Shown: positions 29,532-38,819 of the stretch, piece by piece
How the letters are laid out: each line of letters opens with the position of its first letter
How positions within the stretch are numbered: position 1 is the first letter of the stretch
Origin: Patescibacteria group bacterium
GTDB taxonomy: Bacteria; Patescibacteriota; UBA1384; XYA2-FULL-43-10; 1-14-0-10-43-13
DNA: 64,000 nt
Direction of reading: 5' to 3'
Assembly: GCA_041649155.1 (NCBI GenBank)
Contig: JBAZNP010000001.1
Coordinates: forward strand, 558,869-622,868
Program-made: the position numbers and the translations under genes
Notes under the pieces: generated by a model
What the model was told of the DNA's origin: nothing
Seen by the model: only the letters and a program-made list of their open reading frames with translations
Database searches by the model: none

Positions 29532-29978
29532 ATGATGACAGCAACTCACATAATTGCAGCAGGGTATGTCGGAGAACGGATTGGAAATCCGTTTATAGCT
29601 TTTTTAGTTGGTATAGTTATTCACTTCATACTTGATTCTATCCCGCATTACGATACTACGGACGGCGGTAAATTGACTAAACGGCAATTAACCCTAACTT
29701 TTGTCGATCTGACTATTGGTATATTGATTATCAAATTCTTACTGAAAGCTGACCTAAGTTTTGGAAGTTCGTTTTTGTGGGGAGCGGTTGGCGGGATATT
29801 CCCCGATATTTTGGACGTCATACCGTTTTGGCAGAAAGCTTTTCGAAGCACTAAATTTGGAAAAAGGTTTCATAAATTTCATGATGACATTCAGCGAATT
29901 AGTTTGCCTCCAATTTCAGGGCTTTTAATACAGGCTATTATAATCATCATTTTTTCGTATTTGTATTTAACAAGATAA
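29532..29978 (+). CDS. Membrane protein, possibly membrane-bound metal-dependent hydrolase (DUF457/YdjM-like)
   Basis: 4 TM helices. HFILDSIPHYD histidine cluster. Start placed at internal ATG 29532 (MMTATHIIAAG). Confidence 0.45.
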   Translation: MMTATHIIAAGYVGERIGNPFIAFLVGIVIHFILDSIPHYDTTDGGKLTKRQLTLTFVDLTIGILIIKFLLKADLSFGSSFLWGAVGGIFPDILDVIPFWQKAFRSTKFGKRFHKFHDDIQRISLPPISGLLIQAIIIIIFSYLYLTR

Positions 29979-30110
29979 ATATTGGAAAACAATCTACATT
30001 AAAATAATCGCCAGACTGGTGATTATTTTAAGTGTATTTACTTTTTTCTATAACATGTTATAATTTTATCCATTAACTATCCTGAAGAGATGGTTGGGAG
30101 GGGAGAACGA

Positions 30111-30293
30111 ATGGATTCGTTTTTGATTTTTTTATTCGTAGCTTCAATCTTTGTGCCTTTACAGTGGCCACCTTTATTTCTGGTTTCCTTATGGGAGATG
30201 AGGGTCAGAGATAGCGAGCTGGCGTATCCGGATGGACCGCCCACACATAACTATGCTGGTCGCCTATTGCCGACTGGTCATGATCTTGATTGA
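30111..30293 (+). CDS. Small hypothetical membrane protein (60 aa)
   Basis: GGGAGGGGAG RBS before ATG 30111. One TM helix. Followed by a hairpin terminator at 30310-30337. Confidence 0.3.
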   Translation: MDSFLIFLFVASIFVPLQWPPLFLVSLWEMRVRDSELAYPDGPPTHNYAGRLLPTGHDLD

Positions 30294-30343
30294 TGCAATA
30301 TAAAGTTCTGGACAACCCCGTTTTACAGGGGTTGTCCATTTTT

Positions 30344-31720
30344 TTAAAAATAAAGATCTCTTTCGCCATTTTCAATTCTTTTTAGTCGATCCATGGTTTC
30401 TATTTTTGTGTCTTCTTTTTCGATCATATCTAAATATTTTTCAATTATTTTTTGACCTAGTTTTTTGATTTTCGCATTAGCATAGTCTTCTAGATACTCT
30501 TTAAAAGTTAGTACGGCATTCGGGCGGCAGAGATTGTGAATGTCGCCTGGTTTCGCGATAGCCATAAATTTTTCGCCGGTTCGTCCTTGTCTGTAACAAG
30601 CGGTACAGAAACTTGGAAGCAAATCCTGTTGTAATATACTCTCAATTATTTCTGGTACATTTCTTTCATCGGCAACATTGAATTGTTCTAATATTTTTTT
30701 ATGTCCGTATCCTCCTGGAGCGGTTTTGGAGCCGGCACTGGTTTGGGAAATACCAATCTTAAAGGCCTTGGCTCTTGTTTCTGGTTTTTCTCTTGTTGAA
30801 ATGATCATTCCGGTGTAGGGGACTGCTAGCCTCAAAATTGCAATTATTTTTAATAATTCATCTTCTGAAACTTTATAAGGCGAATTAAATTTCACTGAAT
30901 CGGCCGGTTGAAATCTGGGAACGGAAAAAGTGTGTGGTCCGACTCCGAATTTTTTGTCTAGATACTTTGCATGAGATATTAAGGCTAAAACTTCAAATTT
31001 GTAATCATACAAGCCAAAAAGAACGCCAAGTCCAACATCGTCAATTCCGGCTTCGAAAGCACGATTGTGAGCGAAAAGCTGTCTTTCATAATTCTGTTTT
31101 GGGCCGTTGTGCAGTTTTTCGTATGATTTTTTATGATAAGTTTCCTGAAACAATTGGTATGTGCCGATGCCGACCTCTTTTAATTTGCGATAATCTTCAA
31201 CTGTGGTAGCGGCAATATTTATATTTACTCTGCGGATTTCGCCATTTTTGAATTTTATTTTATAAATTTCTTTAATAACATCGGTCACATAATCGATCGG
31301 GTTTTCTTTTGGGTCTTCTCCAAACTCGAGAAGCAGCCGCTTATGCCCCATATTTTCAAGAATTTTGACTTGTTCCCGCACTTCTTTCAGAGTTAATTTT
31401 TTTCGTGGTGATTTGTTTCTTCTATGAAATCCACAGTATTCACAATCATTTACGCAGAAGCTGGAAACATAGAGAGGAGCAAACAAAACCAGCCTTTCGC
31501 CGTAGATATCATTTTTTATTTTTTCGGCGGTTTTAAATATTTCCTCAATCAATTGCTTACCATCAACATTTAACAAAAAACCGACTTCCTCTAAATTCAA
31601 CCCCTTTTTGTTACGGGCTTTTTTTAGTATTTTCTCGACGATTTTTTTATTTGGTGATTTGGTTAAGCCCAATATCCGATATATTTTTTGTTCATCGATT
31701 ACATCTTTTATATTTGGCAT
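30344..31720 (-). CDS. Radical SAM protein of the HydG/ThiH tyrosine-lyase family, HydG-like (C-terminal CX2CX22C)
   Basis: CVNDCEYCGF (CX3CX2C radical SAM cluster) near the N-terminus. C-terminal CTACYRQGRTGEKFMAIAKPGDIHNLC is an exact CX2CX22C spacing, as in HydG. 458 aa. Confidence 0.75.
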   Translation of the reverse strand: MPNIKDVIDEQKIYRILGLTKSPNKKIVEKILKKARNKKGLNLEEVGFLLNVDGKQLIEEIFKTAEKIKNDIYGERLVLFAPLYVSSFCVNDCEYCGFHRRNKSPRKKLTLKEVREQVKILENMGHKRLLLEFGEDPKENPIDYVTDVIKEIYKIKFKNGEIRRVNINIAATTVEDYRKLKEVGIGTYQLFQETYHKKSYEKLHNGPKQNYERQLFAHNRAFEAGIDDVGLGVLFGLYDYKFEVLALISHAKYLDKKFGVGPHTFSVPRFQPADSVKFNSPYKVSEDELLKIIAILRLAVPYTGMIISTREKPETRAKAFKIGISQTSAGSKTAPGGYGHKKILEQFNVADERNVPEIIESILQQDLLPSFCTACYRQGRTGEKFMAIAKPGDIHNLCRPNAVLTFKEYLEDYANAKIKKLGQKIIEKYLDMIEKEDTKIETMDRLKRIENGERDLYF

Positions 31721-31830
31721 TTTGATCCTTTCTCAGCTCTTTTAGTATATATGATTTTTCCACATGACAAAATGCTTGTAGATTTCTCGATCTGGTGCTA
31801 TAAAATAATCGACGGATATGGAGGTGAGTA

Positions 31831-32163
31831 ATGTGGTACGTTATAGCGGCCATATTGGTGTTAGCGGTAATGCTAGGTAGCAGTGTTTTTTCTTTGTTCT
31901 GGGTTGTGGCTTGGATAAAAATTAAGAATTGGATTAATGCCGAGGAAGATGATTCAAACCGGCTTTTCGAGCGGTTGCGAGATCAGTTATCCTCAAGAAA
32001 CTTGCAGGGTGCAGTTGAGACGTACAGAATAATCGTTCAATTGGGCGATTCAAGCTGGCCATCTCATGCATTAGATCTTATCAGGCAATATGATATGAAT
32101 CTTGCCGAAAAGATAAGATCGCAGTCCGATCTTGTGTCCAATCCTAGCCCTTCGCAAGTGTGA
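31831..32163 (+). CDS. Hypothetical membrane protein (110 aa)
   Basis: N-terminal TM helix. Followed by two stem-loop terminators at 32179-32210 and 32233-32260. Confidence 0.4.
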   Translation: MWYVIAAILVLAVMLGSSVFSLFWVVAWIKIKNWINAEEDDSNRLFERLRDQLSSRNLQGAVETYRIIVQLGDSSWPSHALDLIRQYDMNLAEKIRSQSDLVSNPSPSQV

Positions 32164-32284
32164 TGTTCTATTTCGTTCAGTGGTTTCTACCAGTTGGTAG
32201 AAACCACTTTCTAGATATTTTGATAAAAAATGTGGCCGAGCGGAATATTCCGCTCGGCCAGTTTCGTTTATCAGTAGTGTAGTA

Positions 32285-32605
32285 CTACAGATAGTGAGAT
32301 TCTACATCACTGAGTAAGATGTTGCCTCCGGATGGTCTCTTGAATCTTAGCTTATAGTAGTGATCTCCTTTAGCAGTCCGGTACTCGACACTTCTTGAGC
32401 AACCAGGCTTGATAACAAGTGTGTCGAGCTCCACATCGACTGCTTTGTAATGGGCTATACCATCTATGATAATTTCATTTGGCAACATTCCGGTTGTGGA
32501 GATGTGGTTCCAGAGAGCTCCTCGTATCTTGCTAGTATTTATCCCTTGATTCAGCGAGCAACCATTCAATACAAATGCATGCCCCTGACTTACTGCTATG
32601 GCCAT
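32285..32605 (-). CDS. Hypothetical protein (106 aa)
   Basis: ORF with reasonable codon usage. No recognisable motif. Confidence 0.35.
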   Translation of the reverse strand: MAIAVSQGHAFVLNGCSLNQGINTSKIRGALWNHISTTGMLPNEIIIDGIAHYKAVDVELDTLVIKPGCSRSVEYRTAKGDHYYKLRFKRPSGGNILLSDVESHYL

Positions 32606-32838
32606 TCCCTTATCCTCCTTGTATCTGGGATTTTGACTTTATCTTACTATTATTTGGCCGATGTGTCAATGCAAAAAAGCAGGATATTGGTAATTGCCAA
32701 CTATAAAATTGTTTGTTCTAAGTCGGATGGATTTATTCGCGGCGATATTTAGAGTAAAATATAATTAAATTGGAGGGGATTATTAGAAAAAGTTCTAGAA
32801 AATTTGGTTTTACCCTGTATAAATCCAACAAAGTTGGT

Positions 32839-34194
32839 ATGCCGAAGGCATATTTAACAGGGTTTACTCTTATTGAGATAATGATCGACATCTCGGTTCT
32901 TGCTCTTGTGGCTACAGGCGTACTTTCGGCATACTCGGCCAGCTTTAAAGCGATGGAACTTGCCAAGGCAAAAACTGCCTCTGTTGCATTGGCAAATGAA
33001 AAAATGGAAGAAATTCATAATATGTCCTATGACAGTTTGGCAACGGAGCACGGAATCATATATCCTCCTGGGACTATTAAGGACGATGAAGAATTTACAC
33101 GACGCGGAGTAAAATTCAATGTACATACGATAATATCGTATATTGATGATCCCTATGACGGCAATGCTGATGGATCAATCGTCGGTAAGCCAAAAGATCT
33201 TTATCCTTATGATTATAAAAAAGTCGAAGTTGTAGTTTCTAAAATTGGTCGAGCCGGACATCTGGCGCAATTAACTACGAATATTGCAGCTAAAGCAGCT
33301 GAGACGCCATCTAACACAGGTATTATAAAGCTTTGTGTTGTTGACTCTGCTGGCACACCAGTGTCGGGCGCTACCTTAACAGTTCAAAATTTTGAAGTAG
33401 ATCCCGCTGTTGATATTTCGGGAGAATCAGGAATAGATGGATGTATTATGATACCGAATTTGCCTCCTGATAGTCAGAACAGCTACCATTTAACGGCTAC
33501 TAAAGACGGGTATTCTACGGACATTACTTATCCACGTACTTCTCAGAATCCTAATGAAGAATATCAGGATGTAGATGTTATCGTTCAAAATGTCACAAAT
33601 AAAACATTGGTTATTGATAAACTCAGTACAATGGAGATAAATTTTGTTGATTCGAGTGGAAATTCTTTACCGAATATTAATTTTCATTTGGAGAATTCTA
33701 AAGAAATTTATTTTAATCCTACGACTTTTAAATATTCAGAAAATTTAACCACTGACGCTAATGGTTACCTGAGACTAACCGGCATGGAATTTAGCGACTA
33801 TAAAATTACAACCGGAAGCGGAATGATCGCTGCAATTTCCCCTTATCAGCCGGTTGGCCTTAAAGCGGATGTAAATTTAAGTGTGCAAGTTGTGATAACT
33901 AACTCTCCAACACAGCCCATAATTTTGTCTTCTGACCCGCTAAGTGGAAAAAAAGACGACATTGTTTATGTTACTATTCTCGGAAATAAATTTGACAGTT
34001 TAATCGGTGTTAAACTTATAAATCAATCAGGAGCTGAAATCGTTGGGTCAAATGTAAAAGTAATAGGAAATAATACAATTGAAGTGGAGCTTGATACTCA
34101 TGGGGTTGCAATAGGACTTTGGGATATTGTAGTTACTAATCCTGGAGGTGAAAGTACAAAGCAGTTAAATGGTATTGAGATAAAAAATGAGTAA
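32839..34194 (+). CDS. Large pilin-like protein (prepilin N-terminus plus ~400-aa beta-rich/Ig-like C-terminal region)
   Basis: LTGFTLIEIMIDISVLALVATGVLSAY class-III signal-like N-terminus. Repetitive T/S/N-rich beta-strand C-terminus. Confidence 0.65.
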   Translation: MPKAYLTGFTLIEIMIDISVLALVATGVLSAYSASFKAMELAKAKTASVALANEKMEEIHNMSYDSLATEHGIIYPPGTIKDDEEFTRRGVKFNVHTIISYIDDPYDGNADGSIVGKPKDLYPYDYKKVEVVVSKIGRAGHLAQLTTNIAAKAAETPSNTGIIKLCVVDSAGTPVSGATLTVQNFEVDPAVDISGESGIDGCIMIPNLPPDSQNSYHLTATKDGYSTDITYPRTSQNPNEEYQDVDVIVQNVTNKTLVIDKLSTMEINFVDSSGNSLPNINFHLENSKEIYFNPTTFKYSENLTTDANGYLRLTGMEFSDYKITTGSGMIAAISPYQPVGLKADVNLSVQVVITNSPTQPIILSSDPLSGKKDDIVYVTILGNKFDSLIGVKLINQSGAEIVGSNVKVIGNNTIEVELDTHGVAIGLWDIVVTNPGGESTKQLNGIEIKNE

Positions 34195-34199
34195 ATCAT

Positions 34200-34287
34200 G
34201 TCATTCCGTACTTGATACGGAATCTATACAAATAGTTTCTGGATCCCAGATACAAGCCTGCCTACCGGCAGGCAGGTCTGGGATGAC
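34200..34287. mobile_element. MITE-like element (GTCATTCC...GGGATGAC) with nested 20-bp palindrome. Its 3' terminus supplies the ATG of the downstream pilin gene.
   Basis: GTCATTCCGTACTTGATACGGAATCTATACAAATAGTTTCTGGATCCCAGATACAAG-[GCCTGCCTACCGGCAGGCAGG]-TCTGGGATGAC. Confidence 0.75.
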
Positions 34288-34864
34288 GGCGAAAAATAAA
34301 AAAGCATTTTCCTTAATTGAGATGGTGGTGGTAGTGGCTTTGGTTTCTATGATTACAGTAGTGGTTACAGCTTTTTTTTCAGAGAGCGTTAAAACCTACA
34401 GACTAAAACGTCAAAGTGTGGATCTTGAAGAAAAGGCTGCACAGGTAATGCGGAAATTTGAGATAACTACACGGGCAGCTAGTAAGGTTACTAAAGCGGA
34501 TAACAATGAATTAATATTTCTTCGCTACTTTGACTTAACGAGCGTTTCTCCAACTCAAGTTAGATATTTTATGGATGGAAATCAATTTAAAATAGGACTT
34601 ACGCAACCTTCGGGAACTGAACCGAATATTATTTATCCGCCTGAGAATGAAACGATCGAATTATTAATAAATGATGTTGCGAATGCTGATTTACTCTTTA
34701 CATATTTTGATGGTTCTAATGCCGAATTAAATTTACCGATTAACATTACAAATTTAAAAATGATAGGCCTTTCAATTTCACTTGATAAAAATGGTGATCT
34801 CCCACCGGCATCAATTACGGAAACAACAAAAGTTTCGTTTCGGAATATGAAGGATAATTTGTGA
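34283..34864 (+). CDS. Pilin-like protein (minor pilin, PilW/PilV-like)
   Basis: KKAFSLIEMVVVVALVSMITVVV prepilin N-terminus. ATG at 34283 comes from the MITE terminus. Confidence 0.65.
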   Translation: MTAKNKKAFSLIEMVVVVALVSMITVVVTAFFSESVKTYRLKRQSVDLEEKAAQVMRKFEITTRAASKVTKADNNELIFLRYFDLTSVSPTQVRYFMDGNQFKIGLTQPSGTEPNIIYPPENETIELLINDVANADLLFTYFDGSNAELNLPINITNLKMIGLSISLDKNGDLPPASITETTKVSFRNMKDNL

Positions 34865-34903
34865 AACAAATTATCCTTCATAAATGGATAGCGAATTATA
34901 CTA

Positions 34904-36271
34904 ATGGCTAATTTACGAATGTTAAAAATGAAAATTGGAAAATGGAAAATGAGAATTTCCCGAGTGAAACGCGGGAGCTATTTACCTGTTATTTTAATGG
35001 CCTCGGTTTTGTTTTTGGCTTTTTCGATAGCCATAATCACGCTATCAATGTCAAATGTAAAAATTGCTAACTTGCATAACAAAAAAATCACCTCGATGTC
35101 GATTGCCGAAGCCGGAATAAATTATTATCTTTGGCATTTGGCTCATAATAATGAGGACTATTGTGATGGACAAGCAACATGCGACAGTAATACTTCATTT
35201 AAGCATGATTATACGGATGAAGCCGGTAATGTTTTGGGAACGTATGAACTTTTCATAACTCCGCCATCACTTGGTCAATCTTCTGTTACGGTAAAGTCGG
35301 TGGGCAAGGTTAACGGCACAAGCCCCACTCGCACTATTATCACTACAATCGGAATGCCTTCATTTACTAAATATACTTTGCTTGTAAACGGTGAACAACT
35401 TTGGGTTGGTCCAAGTGAAAGAATTACCGGTACGGTTCACGTTAATGATAGTGGAATATACAACCAAGGTGAAATCACCGGTGACGCTTCATCAACTGAA
35501 TCGACCTATAATAGTTGGAATTGGGGAACTCAGCCGGGTGTGGCAGGATCTGGAATTTATGGCGGATCAAAATCATACCCTATTCCGCGAATTGATTTTA
35601 ATCAAGTGGACGTCGATGTTAAAACGATTAGGGATAATGGGGAAGGGGATTATTATGACAATGCTCCTAGTGGTAGTAGAGGTTATCACATTGTTTTAAA
35701 AACAGATGGTTATGATTTATATAAAGTAACTAATTTCAATAATACAAGACTTAATATTACGGCGGAAACACTTTTGGGCAATCATCGTTATCCGGAAGAT
35801 GGAATTATTTTTCTTGAGGATAGTGTTTGGATTAATGGAACCATTGATAATCAGAAAATAACGATAATTGCTGCTGACCCTGAAAAAAATGGGAATCAGC
35901 GTAAAAGAATTATTATCCCTGATTTATTAAAATATACTAACTTGGACGGTTCTGATAAAATTGGATTAATAACTCAGACCGATATTCTGGTTGCTCAAAC
36001 TGCTCCGTATAACATGGAAATTGATGCTGCCATGATTGCTAAAGATGGGGAAATTAGAATAAACGACTACAGCGGTCTTCATAAAGGCAACATGAAAGTT
36101 TATGGTAGCATGGCTCATAATTCTGGTTTGATTTGGACGTATGATCATGGAAGTGATTGGACGGGATATGCAACTACTGAAACTATTATCGATCAATCAA
36201 ATGTATTAAATCCGCCGCCAAAGTTTCCTTTAACTGGTACATATGAAATATTGAGTTGGCGCGAAGAATAG
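34904..36271 (+). CDS. Pilus assembly / PilX-like protein (N-terminal TM, 455 aa)
   Basis: N-terminal LPVILMASVLFLAFSIAIITLSMSNVKIANL...SIAEAGINYYLWHL resembles the PilX N-terminal domain. Follows two minor-pilin genes. Confidence 0.5.
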   Translation: MANLRMLKMKIGKWKMRISRVKRGSYLPVILMASVLFLAFSIAIITLSMSNVKIANLHNKKITSMSIAEAGINYYLWHLAHNNEDYCDGQATCDSNTSFKHDYTDEAGNVLGTYELFITPPSLGQSSVTVKSVGKVNGTSPTRTIITTIGMPSFTKYTLLVNGEQLWVGPSERITGTVHVNDSGIYNQGEITGDASSTESTYNSWNWGTQPGVAGSGIYGGSKSYPIPRIDFNQVDVDVKTIRDNGEGDYYDNAPSGSRGYHIVLKTDGYDLYKVTNFNNTRLNITAETLLGNHRYPEDGIIFLEDSVWINGTIDNQKITIIAADPEKNGNQRKRIIIPDLLKYTNLDGSDKIGLITQTDILVAQTAPYNMEIDAAMIAKDGEIRINDYSGLHKGNMKVYGSMAHNSGLIWTYDHGSDWTGYATTETIIDQSNVLNPPPKFPLTGTYEILSWREE

Positions 36272-36274
36272 TAA

Positions 36275-36742
36275 AACAACAGATGACGAATAATACAGAT
36301 AATACGAATGACAGAAAAGTAGAACAGCTGATTTATAAGGAGTTGTCTTATAAGCTAGTTGGTCTTGCGTATGAAGTATGCAACACTCTTGGCGAAGGAT
36401 TAAAAGAAGAAGTATATAAAGATGCTTATGCGTTATTACTTGATAAAGAAAAAATTCCTTATGCGAAAGAGTATTATTATTCAATAAAGATAAGAGATGA
36501 AATCATTGCAAAAAGATTCTTTGATTTTTTGATTGATGATAAAATAATAGTTGAATTCAAAGTGGGCGGAAAAGCATATTTTAGTTCTTATAAACAATTA
36601 TTGGAATATCTTAAATCCAGTAAGTATAAATTAGGGTTGATAATCAGGTTTTCGTTAGATGGTGTAAAGATAAAGCGTATCCCAAATTTGTATTAATCAA
36701 CTTAAAAATTAGTATTATTTGTCTTATTAGTAATCTGTTGTT
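36275..36742. mobile_element. TIR-bounded cassette carrying the GxxExxY gene
   Basis: Head AACAACAGATGACGAATAATACAGATAATAC. Tail revcomp AACAACAGATTACTAATAAGACAAATAATAC. Imperfect ~30-bp TIRs. An internally deleted ~90-bp derivative lies at 56588-56677. Confidence 0.65.
36283..36696 (+). CDS. GxxExxY family protein
   Basis: LVGLAYEVCNTLGEGLKEEVYKDAYALLL...IIVEFKVGGKAYFSSYKQLLEYLKSSKYKLGLIIRF matches the GxxExxY/PD-(D/E)xK-like family pattern (GPGFLExxY ... DhhV(E)hK ... LLNYLKxxGLKLGLLINF). Confidence 0.75.
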   Translation: MTNNTDNTNDRKVEQLIYKELSYKLVGLAYEVCNTLGEGLKEEVYKDAYALLLDKEKIPYAKEYYYSIKIRDEIIAKRFFDFLIDDKIIVEFKVGGKAYFSSYKQLLEYLKSSKYKLGLIIRFSLDGVKIKRIPNLY

Positions 36743-36745
36743 CAT

Positions 36746-36937
36746 ATGAAGTTTTTAATTTTTTTAATGTGTGAAGGGCTGGGTTTTGTTTCGATAATTT
36801 ATACAAAATGGCTGGTCGATTCTATCGGCAGATCCCAATTTTTTGAAGAAAAATTGGGCAGTGGTGGAACGTATACTTTCTGGAAGCTACTCGGTGTTGC
36901 ATCAATAATTTTTGGCTTCTTTTATTTGTTTAGTTAA
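36746..36937 (+). CDS. Small hypothetical membrane protein (63 aa)
   Basis: Two TM helices. Followed by a hairpin terminator at 36951-36980. Confidence 0.35.
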   Translation: MKFLIFLMCEGLGFVSIIYTKWLVDSIGRSQFFEEKLGSGGTYTFWKLLGVASIIFGFFYLFS

Positions 36938-36981
36938 TTTTATACAAGAAAAAAGCATCACTTACCGTGATGCTTTTTTCT

Positions 36982-37057
36982 TGGTGGACCTGAGGAGACT
37001 CGGACTCCTTACCTCAGCAATGCGAATGCTGCGCTCTACCAGATGAGCTACAGGCCC
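36982..37057 (-). tRNA. tRNA-Ala (anticodon CGC), CCA encoded
   Basis: Reverse complement GGGCCTGTAGCTCATCTGGTAGAGCGCAGCATTCGCATTGCTGAGGTAAGGAGTCCGAGTCTCCTCAGGTCCACCA. G3:U70 Ala identity pair. Anticodon loop TTCGCAT. Confidence 0.85.
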
Positions 37058-37238
37058 TAAACTTGTTTTAATATACTCAATTTATAAAAAAAATTCCACT
37101 ATTAAAGTGGATTTTCTTTGGTGGAACGCATTGTTGCAAGTAAGAAATATCATTATGAACTCAACTGAATATGTTTATATCCCGAAGATAAGAATAAGAA
37201 CCTATTGAGTTAATTTCTTAATCCCTGATATAATCAAA

Positions 37239-37526
37239 TTGATGATTAACAAATCCAATACTAAGAAAATATTTTTTTTGATTGCCTCTCTTGCGGTAAT
37301 GGTTCTGAGCGCACTTAGTGCTCTGTGGCTCATAGGGGCTTCTTACCATCTTCCAAGTCTTGGTTTATTTTATTTTGCGATAGCTTGGCTTGTCGTACTG
37401 ATTGCTAATTTCATTGCTTGGATTTCGATATTCTGGACCAATAAATTCTATTTTCTATTAAAAATCTGCCTAGGATTAAATTTGGTGCCCATCGTTTTAA
37501 TCCTTTTATGGTTTTTCTTGGGTTAA
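37239..37526 (+). CDS. Hypothetical membrane protein (95 aa, 3 TM)
   Basis: Hydrophobic profile only. Confidence 0.35.
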   Translation: MMINKSNTKKIFFLIASLAVMVLSALSALWLIGASYHLPSLGLFYFAIAWLVVLIANFIAWISIFWTNKFYFLLKICLGLNLVPIVLILLWFFLG

Positions 37527-37577
37527 TTTATTCTTATTTTATTAGTTCTAACCATCACTTTGGGTATAATAAAAAGA

Positions 37578-37823
37578 CTAGTCAGAGACTAATAGATGTT
37601 TATTTCTAAATGCCTTGCCAGAGGAGGATTTTAGATAATCCTCAAATCTTGCGGCTAACTCTTTTGTTTCAAACGCCGCATACCACGCTACTTTGACAGG
37701 TCTAAATTTTGAAGTATGCGGAACACCACCAGATTGATGTTTTCCAAATCGCGCCGAGAGATCCTTTGTTGATCCAGCGTAAAAAGTATTATTTGATAAT
37801 TCCAACAAATAAGTATAGTACAT
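37578..37823 (-). CDS. GIY-YIG nuclease superfamily protein (small, YhbQ-like)
   Basis: YYTYLLELSNNTFYAGSTKDLSARFGKHQSGG...ELAARFEDYLKS matches GIY-x10-YVG...R...H...G...E of GIY-YIG domains. Confidence 0.7.
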   Translation of the reverse strand: MYYTYLLELSNNTFYAGSTKDLSARFGKHQSGGVPHTSKFRPVKVAWYAAFETKELAARFEDYLKSSSGKAFRNKHLLVSD

Positions 37824-37973
37824 GCATTTATTATACAAAAAAGTCCAACTTCACTCAAATCAAAGCACATTTGAGCTACGCTGGACAAACTTCTTGCTTG
37901 CCATCCAGAAACACTTAACTGTTTTGAATGGTTTGGCTTGCCAAGCGAAGCCGATGTTCGTGAAGGCGAAGTT

Positions 37974-38049
37974 TGGTGGACCCGACAGGATTCGAACCTG
38001 CGACATCCTCGTTGCAAACGAGGCGCTCTACCAACTGAGCTACGGGCCC
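37974..38049 (-). tRNA. tRNA-Ala (anticodon UGC), CCA encoded
   Basis: Reverse complement GGGCCCGTAGCTCAGTTGGTAGAGCGCCTCGTTTGCAACGAGGATGTCGCAGGTTCGAATCCTGTCGGGTCCACCA. G3:U70 pair. Anticodon loop TTTGCAA. Confidence 0.9.
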
Positions 38050-38240
38050 ATTTCTGAGTATAATCATACTATAAAAACGATTTATTATCAAGATCCTGCA
38101 ATTCTATAATTATTTAGGAATTATCACGTGGATTTAAGAACTGACCCCCTTGATAGTTTTTAAGGGGCTATTTTATTGACAATTTAAGAAGATGTTGTGA
38201 TACTAACGCTTAGTTGTAGCTTTGAATCGAGGAGGAAGTA

Positions 38241-38546
38241 ATGGATTACTTGGAAGAAAAAAAAGAAAATAAACAGCTTTGGTGGATTTCCGATGGTCGT
38301 TTTTTACAACTTGATGATTATCGTAAAAAACAACTTTTGAATCCCTCAAGAACGATTGAATTGCCCGGTATTGATGCAACAAGTCATGTTTTAAATAATG
38401 CTGCTCAAATTGCTATTGGCATGACCGCATTGATTAAAAGGGGATTAAAATCAAAAACTGAGGTGGATCATGAAATGGTTGATGATATAAAAGATAACTT
38501 GGAAATCATTATAAATTTTATCAAGGCATACAATATTGTAAAGTGA
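38241..38546 (+). CDS. Hypothetical protein (101 aa)
   Basis: GGAGG RBS. Terminator hairpin at 38569-38593. Confidence 0.4.
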   Translation: MDYLEEKKENKQLWWISDGRFLQLDDYRKKQLLNPSRTIELPGIDATSHVLNNAAQIAIGMTALIKRGLKSKTEVDHEMVDDIKDNLEIIINFIKAYNIVK

Positions 38547-38819
38547 TTAATGACAATCCAAGATCACTGGCCCCTGTCATGTTTGGCAGGGGCATTTTTC
38601 GTGAAATTTAATCTTGCTAGATTGATTAAGCTGATTAAAAAAGGAGAGGAATTAAAGATGGGCGAATTAATTATCAAGACTCCAAGGAAGCTGCCGTTAT
38701 CAGTATTTTTGTGATGTGTGACAACGAACTTCTTTTATAAAAGAATGGTCGACCTAATTTTAATGCAAAACATCACACTGGAATAGCGTGATGTTTGTAT
38801 TTGCTGCAGAGCGAGGATG

